DNA of 64,000 bases, taken from contig CABYZQ010000003.1 of NCBI GenBank assembly GCA_902523535.1, positions 19,514-83,513 of the forward strand. Direction: 5' to 3'. The DNA comes from an uncultured Pelagibacteraceae bacterium (lineage in GTDB: Bacteria; Pseudomonadota; Alphaproteobacteria; Pelagibacterales; AG-422-B15). The notes under the pieces are model-generated. The model was given only the letters and a program-made list of their open reading frames with translations, searched no databases and was not told the DNA's origin. Positions 16,522-24,336 of the stretch are shown here, in pieces; the first letter of the stretch is position 1, and every line of letters begins with the position of its first letter. A program made the translations under genes and the position numbers.

Positions 16522-18032
16522 TGACTGACGCAAACTATCTTTTTGATAAAATATTTAAATCTAATGAAACTAAAGAAAAAATATTTTTAATTAATGAGAG
16601 TGAAAAGTTAAGCTACATAGAATTTCATGAGGTAGTTAATAAAATCTCTAATTATCTAATAGAGATTGATTTGTCCCCAGGTGACCGTGTTGCTGTCCAA
16701 GCAAAAAAAAACATTTTTCAATTAGCATTATATGTCGCTACCATCAAAGCTGGTGGCGTATATCTACCACTCAATACAGGATATACTCTGAATGAGTTAG
16801 AATATTTTTTTAATGACGCAAAACCTAAGGTGATTGTTGTCGATGATAAAATCCAAAGCAAAATAGATAGCATTACAAGCACTTTATCAGTTTCAATCTT
16901 AACATTAAATTTAGATGAAAGCGGTTCTCTTACTGAAAGAATTAAAAACTGCTCAACAAAGTTTCACGCAATTGCGCGAAGTGAAAATGACTTAGCGGCT
17001 ATTTTGTATACATCGGGAACTACTGGAAAATCAAAAGGCGCGATGTTATCGCATAGAAATTTAGTTTCTAATTCAGAAGTACTTAGAGATTTTTGGAAAT
17101 TTACAGAAAGTGACGTGCTCTTGCATATGCTACCGATCTATCACACACACGGTCTCTTTGTCGCTTGTAATCTATTGGCAATTGTTGGTGGATCAATGAT
17201 TTTTTTAGAAAAATTTGATGTTAAGAAAGCGATGTTCTGGATGAAAGAGTCAACTTCAATGATGGGTGTGCCGACTTTTTACACAAGACTGCTAGCAAGT
17301 GAAGAGTTAAATACTGAAAGCACTAAACATATGCGACTATTTATTTCAGGTTCTGCACCCCTGTTATCTGAAACTCATATAGATTTTGAAAAACGAACTG
17401 GTAAAAAAATTCTTGAAAGGTATGGAATGACAGAAACTAATATGAATATTTCAAATCCATATGACGGAGAGAGAAAAGCGGGAACGGTTGGCATTCCACT
17501 TCCTGGTATTGAAATTAGGATAGTTAATGAGGAGGGAAAAGAAGTAGAAAATGGAAAAATAGGTACCATTGAACTTAAGGGTGAAAATGTTTTTCAAGGA
17601 TATTGGAGAATGAAAGAAAAAACTGAAGAGGCATTTAAGGAAGATGGCTTTTTTATAACAGGTGATCTCGCACAGAAGGACGAAAATGGTTATTTTACTA
17701 TTGTAGGAAGAGATAAGGATATGATTATAAGTGGTGGGTTAAATGTTTATCCTAAAGAAATAGAAGATGTATTAAATGAATTACCAAATGTATTAGAGTC
17801 CGCCGTTTTTGGATTACAACATCCTGATTTTGGTGAGGCGGTTGTCGCGGCTGTTGTCGTAAACGATGATAAAAACGATGAAAATCAAATAATTGATTTT
17901 ACAAAGGATAAAATTGCTAAATATAAGCAGCCAAAAAAAATTATTTTCATGGAAAACTTGCCAAGGAATTCAATGGGCAAAGTCCAAAAAAATTTATTAC
18001 GGAAAAATAATCAGAATTTATTTAAGGGTTAG
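16521..18032 (+). CDS. matB: malonyl-CoA synthetase (MatB-type AMP-forming ligase)
   Basis: Near-colinear with Rhizobium MatB as remembered: GDRVAVQ, GGVYLPLNTGYTLNELEYF, DLAAILYTSGTTGKSKGAMLSHRNL, LPIYHTHGLFVA, GVPTFYTRLL, RLFISGSAPLL, ILERYGMTETNMN.SNPY, GYW.M.EKT and YKQPKKIIF...LPRN.MGKVQKN.LR. Confidence 0.85.
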   Translation: MTDANYLFDKIFKSNETKEKIFLINESEKLSYIEFHEVVNKISNYLIEIDLSPGDRVAVQAKKNIFQLALYVATIKAGGVYLPLNTGYTLNELEYFFNDAKPKVIVVDDKIQSKIDSITSTLSVSILTLNLDESGSLTERIKNCSTKFHAIARSENDLAAILYTSGTTGKSKGAMLSHRNLVSNSEVLRDFWKFTESDVLLHMLPIYHTHGLFVACNLLAIVGGSMIFLEKFDVKKAMFWMKESTSMMGVPTFYTRLLASEELNTESTKHMRLFISGSAPLLSETHIDFEKRTGKKILERYGMTETNMNISNPYDGERKAGTVGIPLPGIEIRIVNEEGKEVENGKIGTIELKGENVFQGYWRMKEKTEEAFKEDGFFITGDLAQKDENGYFTIVGRDKDMIISGGLNVYPKEIEDVLNELPNVLESAVFGLQHPDFGEAVVAAVVVNDDKNDENQIIDFTKDKIAKYKQPKKIIFMENLPRNSMGKVQKNLLRKNNQNLFKG

Positions 18033-19014
18033 TCCTTATCCAATTATTTATTTCTTCAACAAATAGTTCGTCTTGAGGAGAGTTAAGAATTCCAATTATA
18101 TCATGATAGTTGAAACCTCCTAAGTTAGTATTGTTATTAATTATTTTCTTAGGTCCTTTCCATTCCTTAAAGATCTTTTTAACTCCTTCAGCTTTTACAA
18201 CCTTATCTTTTTCTTCGTAAAAGACCAAAAGAGGCAGATTTGTTTTTGGAAATTCAAGATTTCTTCCTGAGTAAGCAGCTTTCCAAAGTTCTTTTGGGAG
18301 CGTTCTGTGAAATTCATTAACCCAAAAAGGATCCCATTCTTTATTTGGCAAACTAAAATAACCAGGAAAATTGAATTTATAGTTACTTTTAAAAAATAAT
18401 CCTGTGGCCGCTATGAAATAAGGAAGCGATAGTTTTGGGGTCCAAGGTGCAATGAGCACTAAATGACTAACTTTTTCAAGCATTTTCTGGTCCTTAGCTG
18501 CCATTAATGCGAAAGAGCCCCCAGCTGAGAAACCCATCAATATCACTTTTTCGCCTATTTTATTTCCTACAGTAATGGCTTCAGCCGCATCTTCGAGGAA
18601 ATTTTCAGCTTTTACATTTTTTGTGGAGTCAAATCCTGATCCATGTCCGGCTAGCCTCGATATAAATAAATTAGCCTTCAATTTATCGGCAACTTTTACT
18701 AAGACATCTTCTTGCTGGTATCCTGTAGCAAAACTTCCGTGAAGATAAACTATTGAATATTCAGTTTTAATTTTTTTATCATCATTCCATATTATTTTCT
18801 TCCTTGCTTTTGCGTCAGTATTCTTAAAGTCTAATTCTTTTTCAGTAATGTATCTTTCTACATCTTTACCTATAGCAATTTCAGGGAAACTTACTTTTAT
18901 TGTATTGAATAAATAGGGCAAAGTTACTCCAACAATGAAGAGAAGGGGGATTATTAAAATAATAGAAGCTATAACTAAAACTCGATAAATCTTAAATCTG
19001 GTCGCTCTAGACAT
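18022..19014 (-). CDS. alpha/beta hydrolase with N-terminal membrane anchor
   Basis: TM helix IYRVLVIASIILIIPLLFIVGV, oxyanion VYLHG, nucleophile elbow GFSAGG. Overlaps the VOC gene by 8 nt. Confidence 0.75.
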   Translation of the reverse strand: MSRATRFKIYRVLVIASIILIIPLLFIVGVTLPYLFNTIKVSFPEIAIGKDVERYITEKELDFKNTDAKARKKIIWNDDKKIKTEYSIVYLHGSFATGYQQEDVLVKVADKLKANLFISRLAGHGSGFDSTKNVKAENFLEDAAEAITVGNKIGEKVILMGFSAGGSFALMAAKDQKMLEKVSHLVLIAPWTPKLSLPYFIAATGLFFKSNYKFNFPGYFSLPNKEWDPFWVNEFHRTLPKELWKAAYSGRNLEFPKTNLPLLVFYEEKDKVVKAEGVKKIFKEWKGPKKIINNNTNLGGFNYHDIIGILNSPQDELFVEEINNWIRTNP

Positions 19015-19390
19015 TTACACTTGTATATGAGCAAATTTTATTACCGTCTGGATCTCTTACATAAGCATAATAAACGTTACTATCATGTGGTCGAAATCCA
19101 GGATTGCCCTCATTCGTTGCTCCAAGACTAAGAGCAATTTGGTGAAATTTTTCTACTTGCTCTTTTGTTTTGGTAAGAAAAGATATTTGTGTACCATTCC
19201 CAAATGTAACAGGCTCTCCATTAGCAGGTTTGGTAATATAGAATTCTACATCTGCATTTCCTTCATGAGCGTAACCTATGCAAACTTCATCTTCATACAT
19301 TGAACCCATTCCTAAGATAGCTAGAACTTCATCATAGAAGGCTCTGGAAGTATTTAAATTACTTGACCCAACCATAACGTACCCTTTCAT
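19007..19390 (-). CDS. VOC (glyoxalase/bleomycin-resistance/dioxygenase) family protein
   Basis: 127 aa with a beta-alpha-beta-beta-beta style repeat. The ending AYVRDPDGNKI is typical of VOC proteins. Confidence 0.7.
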   Translation of the reverse strand: MKGYVMVGSSNLNTSRAFYDEVLAILGMGSMYEDEVCIGYAHEGNADVEFYITKPANGEPVTFGNGTQISFLTKTKEQVEKFHQIALSLGATNEGNPGFRPHDSNVYYAYVRDPDGNKICSYTSVNV

Positions 19391-19402
19391 ATTAAATCCT
19401 TT

Positions 19403-20566
19403 CTATGAATATTTTTTTGAGGTTACTTCTTCAAGCATGAGTATCATTTTAGTTTTATACTCTTCATCTGTAGCTGAGTCAGTTTCTAAAACAGAAAAAA
19501 AACCAGCCACAACATTAGTTTCTAAATTAACCATCAAAAACTGTCCTCCATATCCAGAATGCCCAATCCAATTATTCGATTTCATTGTTTGATTTGCATA
19601 ATAAACATATTTTCCATCTTTTAAGTGCATATATTTTGGACCTTTATTAGATACAGTTTCGTTAATAAATTTCTCTGAGCCGATAATTCTATCTCTTATT
19701 CCTCTGCCTCTTCTTGAGAACAAGAGACCCATACGTAAAAAATCTCTTGTCATAAGGCAACCTCCACCAGATAACCATGGCATTCCACCCCGATCAGTAG
19801 CCATATACAAGCCATCTTCGAAACCCATGGCCTCAACAGAAGAAAGAAGCCAGTCGCGCAATTTCCGATCACTTATTTTTTCGATTAATAGTGCAATAAC
19901 ATCACTGTTTGCTGACTTATAATATGCATTATCTGTATTATTTGCCACGGAACCACTCACATCTGTTTCAATTTTATTTAGAAAATCTTCTTGTAAGACT
20001 TCATTCGTACCTTCATCTGGTATTCGCCAACCACCCACAGTTTCGTGCATAAATGATGTTGAATAAGGATCAGTATAATCTTCAGTGAAAGCATTAACTA
20101 TATTCATGTTTAAAACATTTTGAACAGTTGCCTTGGCGTAACCACTTCCAATATTGGGTAGATAATATGAGATAGGTTTTTCTAATTGCAATTTGCCTTT
20201 TTCCAAAAGCTCACCAACAAATAAATTAAGAAACATTTTTGAGATTGACATGATTGTTTGTGTCTGCGAAGAAGAGAAATCTTCCGCGTATTTCTCATAA
20301 AATATATCTTGTCCTTTTCCTACAATCAGAGAGCAAAACGATTTATGACTAGTCATTTCCTTTACTGACGATATTTCTCTAATTTCATTTTTGGTATTTT
20401 CATTTAATGTCAGAACATAATCTGACCTTAATAAAATTCCGTATCTATTAATTTTGTGAAGGTTTCTATAGCCAGTCCTCCGATACTCGGGAAGATTCCA
20501 TTTAGCCTTATTATCACGTAAAGTTACAAGAGTGGGATTTGGAGTGTGAGCCAGCTTATTATTCAT
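19403..20566 (-). CDS. serine hydrolase, beta-lactamase/transpeptidase-like fold
   Basis: 387 aa with an S-x-x-K motif (SISKMF) near residue 108. HSGYGGQF near the C-terminus is typical of class C-like esterase/amidase proteins. Confidence 0.75.
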   Translation of the reverse strand: MNNKLAHTPNPTLVTLRDNKAKWNLPEYRRTGYRNLHKINRYGILLRSDYVLTLNENTKNEIREISSVKEMTSHKSFCSLIVGKGQDIFYEKYAEDFSSSQTQTIMSISKMFLNLFVGELLEKGKLQLEKPISYYLPNIGSGYAKATVQNVLNMNIVNAFTEDYTDPYSTSFMHETVGGWRIPDEGTNEVLQEDFLNKIETDVSGSVANNTDNAYYKSANSDVIALLIEKISDRKLRDWLLSSVEAMGFEDGLYMATDRGGMPWLSGGGCLMTRDFLRMGLLFSRRGRGIRDRIIGSEKFINETVSNKGPKYMHLKDGKYVYYANQTMKSNNWIGHSGYGGQFLMVNLETNVVAGFFSVLETDSATDEEYKTKMILMLEEVTSKKYS

Positions 20567-21983
20567 TTATTAAATTAGGTTGTATTTTTGAGCGATTAAA
20601 AACTTCTTCATAGCACTTTCCAACATGAATCACTTTTGCGTCTGATTTATTTTTACCTATTAATTGCATTCCCATTGGAAGTCCCTTTTCATTAAAGCCA
20701 ACAGGGACTGAAATGGTAGGCAGCTGGAACATACTCGCAAATACTGTGACTTCCATCCATCGATGATATGTGTCCATTTGAGTTCCTTGGATACTTTTTG
20801 GGAAATCTATTTCTTTATCAAATGGAAACAGTTGAGCAGAAGGCAAAGCTAGAATATCGTATTCATCAAAGAGACCGTCAACATAAGAGTGATCCTTGTG
20901 ATACTGATTAATAGCATTGGTGATCTCAACATCCTTTATTTTTTTTCCTTGTTCATATTCCCATTTAACGGGAAAGCCTAATTCTTCAAAATTTTGTATT
21001 TGCATGGCATCAAGATCATCAAATGTTATTTTTGACCTGAGATTGCACCATACTTCCCATAATTTATTAGGATCTATTTTTATATTACAATGCTCAATTG
21101 ATATTTTCTTTTCTGCAGTAGCAAATTGATTTAAAGCAACTTCACATAATTCTATAATTCCCTTTTCAAAAGTATAATTTTCAACAAAGTTACTCAACCA
21201 GCCAATTCTTATTTCACTATTTAGATTTTTTTCAATTGATCGAAAAGAGCCTTCAAAGCTATATGAATAATGATCCTCATCATCTTGGCCTGATACAGAA
21301 TCTAAAAAAATGCTCAAATCTTCTGGTGTTCGAGCAATGCCTCCTGGGGTTGTTAATACAGGATATTTACTTTCTCCTCTTTTATCAGGAATGAGCCCAG
21401 GACTTGGTCGAAAACCATATAAGTTTGTATATGCCGCAGGGTTTCTGCAAGACCCCATCATATCAGTCCCATCTGAAAATGGGATAAGGCAACTTGCTAC
21501 AGCAGCAGATGCTCCTCCGCTTGAACCGCCAGGAGATAGACTAAGGTCATATGGATTAGAAGATGACTTAAATAATTTATTCTTTGTGTGTGATCCTATT
21601 GCTAACTCTGCCATATTTGACTTTCCAATAATAGTAGCACCTTGTTGCTTTAGATTTTTTACAATTAATGAATCATTCTGTGGAAATGCATTTTGATATT
21701 CAGGCATTCCATAAGTAGTCGGCAGCTCTTTGACATCAAACAACTCTTTAGTGGCAAGTGGTAGCCCAAATAAAATTTGTTTGATTTTAATATCTTGTTT
21801 TAAGGAATCTTTTTCTTGAGCTTTTTTTATAATCCAATCTCGATCTCTTAATGATACAATTGCGTTGAGCTGGGGATTAAGTTTGTCAATATTTGTTAAG
21901 TATTCTTGGAAAAGTTCTTCAACTTTTATATCTTTTTTACGAATTAAATCAATTTGCTCCTGTAAAGATAATTGAGTAATCAT
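20559..21983 (-). CDS. amidase (amidase-signature family)
   Basis: GLPLATKELF (catalytic Lys), GGSSGGASAAVA, and a GTDMMGSCRNPA variant of GTDxGGSIRxPA. Confidence 0.88.
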   Translation of the reverse strand: MITQLSLQEQIDLIRKKDIKVEELFQEYLTNIDKLNPQLNAIVSLRDRDWIIKKAQEKDSLKQDIKIKQILFGLPLATKELFDVKELPTTYGMPEYQNAFPQNDSLIVKNLKQQGATIIGKSNMAELAIGSHTKNKLFKSSSNPYDLSLSPGGSSGGASAAVASCLIPFSDGTDMMGSCRNPAAYTNLYGFRPSPGLIPDKRGESKYPVLTTPGGIARTPEDLSIFLDSVSGQDDEDHYSYSFEGSFRSIEKNLNSEIRIGWLSNFVENYTFEKGIIELCEVALNQFATAEKKISIEHCNIKIDPNKLWEVWCNLRSKITFDDLDAMQIQNFEELGFPVKWEYEQGKKIKDVEITNAINQYHKDHSYVDGLFDEYDILALPSAQLFPFDKEIDFPKSIQGTQMDTYHRWMEVTVFASMFQLPTISVPVGFNEKGLPMGMQLIGKNKSDAKVIHVGKCYEEVFNRSKIQPNLINE

Positions 21984-21995
21984 TTTTGGAGCTTT

Positions 21996-23186
21996 TTATC
22001 GAGCTCCAAAAATGCTTGTCTTAACAAGTTCTCTTACATCATCTAAAGTAGCAGCTCGTGGGTTAGTGCCAAAAGCCGTATCAATCATTGACTTCTCAGA
22101 TATTCTCTCAATGCAATTTTCTGGAACTCCAATTTCATTTAAGCCTCTTGGAATTTTAATCCTATCAAGTATTTTTTCCATATTTTGAATGAAGTGACCT
22201 GAAGAATGGTCAGTATATTGCATGGCTTGTGACATTCTTATTACTTTCTCCTCCATATCAGGAAGATTAAATCTAAGAACTGCAGGTAAAATAATTGCGT
22301 TAGTTAAACCGTGGTGAGTATTAAATTCAGCTCCAACCATATGGGCAATTGCGTGCACAAGTCCAAGCCCCTTTATGAATGAAATGCCTCCTAAACAAGA
22401 TGCCACCAACATTGCACCTCGTGCTTCAAGATTAGTTGGTTCTTCAACAACAGTAACTAATGATTTGGAGATTAAATATAAGCTTTCAAGAGCAGCGCCA
22501 TCACATAAAGGATGAAAACCTGGCACGCAATAACCTTCAATAGAATGTATCATTGCGTCTGCTCCCGTCCATGCAGTAAGATTTGACGGCAAACCCAAAG
22601 TTAGTTCTGGATCAAGTATGGCTAGGGAAGGCTTGAGATCAGGATGCATTATACAAAGTTTAATTCCTTGTTTAGTATCCGTAACCATTGCAGTACTTTC
22701 AGTCTCTGCTCCAGTACCCGCTGTTGTTGGTATTGTTATAAGTGGAGGAAATTTGTTATCAGGCCCTATTTTTTGTGGGGTTTTTTCCCATTCAAAATCA
22801 AATAATTCAATTTCATTATTGGCAGTTAGACAAATTGATTTTCCACCATCCATCGCACTACCACCACCAATCGCAATTATCGCATCATGATTATTATTTC
22901 TAAATAATTGTTTCCCCTCTGAAATTTCATCATCTCTCGGGTTTGGAGAAATCTTTGAATAAATACCTGAACTTACTTTTGCTTTTTTTAAAATTTCAAC
23001 CAGCTTATCTATAAACGGAAGGTTAACGCTTCCGCTATCTGTGACAATAAGAGGATTTCTTATTTGATTTTCATCACAATAACTTCCGATTTCAGCAAAT
23101 CTGCCCGGACCATAAGATATTGGAACTGGAAACCCCCAGTCTTGAGGAGCTAATATTTCCTCTCTGTCTAAATTAAAGAGTGGCAT
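21996..23186 (-). CDS. iron-containing (group III) alcohol dehydrogenase
   Basis: IIAIGGGSAMDGGK, ITIPTTAGTGAE, and metal His segments in GADAMIHSIEGY, VHAIAHMVG and THHGLTNAI. Confidence 0.88.
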   Translation of the reverse strand: MPLFNLDREEILAPQDWGFPVPISYGPGRFAEIGSYCDENQIRNPLIVTDSGSVNLPFIDKLVEILKKAKVSSGIYSKISPNPRDDEISEGKQLFRNNNHDAIIAIGGGSAMDGGKSICLTANNEIELFDFEWEKTPQKIGPDNKFPPLITIPTTAGTGAETESTAMVTDTKQGIKLCIMHPDLKPSLAILDPELTLGLPSNLTAWTGADAMIHSIEGYCVPGFHPLCDGAALESLYLISKSLVTVVEEPTNLEARGAMLVASCLGGISFIKGLGLVHAIAHMVGAEFNTHHGLTNAIILPAVLRFNLPDMEEKVIRMSQAMQYTDHSSGHFIQNMEKILDRIKIPRGLNEIGVPENCIERISEKSMIDTAFGTNPRAATLDDVRELVKTSIFGAR

Positions 23187-23205
23187 AAATTAATTTTATA
23201 TTTTC

Positions 23206-24249
23206 TTAAGATGATGTCATTGATTTTAAAACAATTGAGCGATCTATTTCACCAATGAGCTCACCACTGTTTGCATCAATTACTGGATAGGTTTTATCAG
23301 AGTCGGCAATTTGGTTAATTAAATTATCAATTTTTGTGTCACTCGCAATGCAGTCACTACCTTTTGCAAACATTGCTTTGGTCTCTTCACAGCATTCAGT
23401 TCTTGCGCATTTTCCTGCGCTTAAGACTTTATACTTCGGCACATCTTCAGTAAAATCTTTAACATACTGATCAATAGGATTTGCAACAATTTCTTCAGGT
23501 GTTCCAACTTGCGAAATCTCCCCATCTTTCATTATAGCAATATGATCTCCCATTTTAATTGCTTCCGAAAAATCATGTGTAATAAAAACCATTGTCTTTT
23601 GAACTAATTTTTGAATACTTAATAACTCGTCCTGCATTTCTCTTCTGATAAGAGGATCGAGCGCTGAAAATGGTTCATCAAAAATTAATATCTCAGGATC
23701 AACCGCAAGTGCTCTTGCTAATCCAACTCGTTGCTGCATGCCACCAGATAATTCTCTTGGATAATGTTGGTCCCATCCGTCTAAGCCAACTAAGTTAAGT
23801 GTTTCCATAGATTTTTCTAATCTATCTTTTTTCTTTACGCCTCTGATTTCAAGACCATAACCAATATTTTCAATAACCCTACGGTGAGGAAAAAGTCCAA
23901 AGTGCTGAAAGACCATACTCATTCTATTTCTTCTTAATTCTGTTAAATCTCTGTTGCTCATTGTGGTAACGTCTTGACCATCAATGCTAACTTGCCCCGC
24001 TGTTGGCTCAATTAATCTTGATAAACACCTAACCAGAGTTGATTTGCCACTTCCAGAAAGTCCCATGACGACAAATGTCTCACCTTTTTGAACTGAGAAA
24101 GTTACATCTTTTACCGCGACGACGTGTCCAGTTTTTTCCTGCACCTCGCTTCTTGATAGAGTTTTGTCCAGATTAGAAAGTACATTCTTTTCGTTGGGTC
24201 CAAATACCTTCCAGATATCAGTGCATACTATTTTATCGTTTTTTTCCAT
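23206..24249 (-). CDS. proV: quaternary-amine (glycine betaine/proline type) ABC transporter ATP-binding protein
   Basis: Walker A GLSGSGKST, signature LSGGMQQRVGLARAL, Walker B ILIFDEPFSALD, and a ProV-type N-terminus (IWKVFGP..). The C-terminal regulatory tail is shorter than in E. coli ProV. Confidence 0.88.
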   Translation of the reverse strand: MEKNDKIVCTDIWKVFGPNEKNVLSNLDKTLSRSEVQEKTGHVVAVKDVTFSVQKGETFVVMGLSGSGKSTLVRCLSRLIEPTAGQVSIDGQDVTTMSNRDLTELRRNRMSMVFQHFGLFPHRRVIENIGYGLEIRGVKKKDRLEKSMETLNLVGLDGWDQHYPRELSGGMQQRVGLARALAVDPEILIFDEPFSALDPLIRREMQDELLSIQKLVQKTMVFITHDFSEAIKMGDHIAIMKDGEISQVGTPEEIVANPIDQYVKDFTEDVPKYKVLSAGKCARTECCEETKAMFAKGSDCIASDTKIDNLINQIADSDKTYPVIDANSGELIGEIDRSIVLKSMTSS

Positions 24250-24336
24250 TATTTATGAGTGATATATTTGCTGAATGTTATACTATGTTGAGGATTTTTG
24301 AATAACTTATTTTAATTTGTAAATTCTAAATTTATT

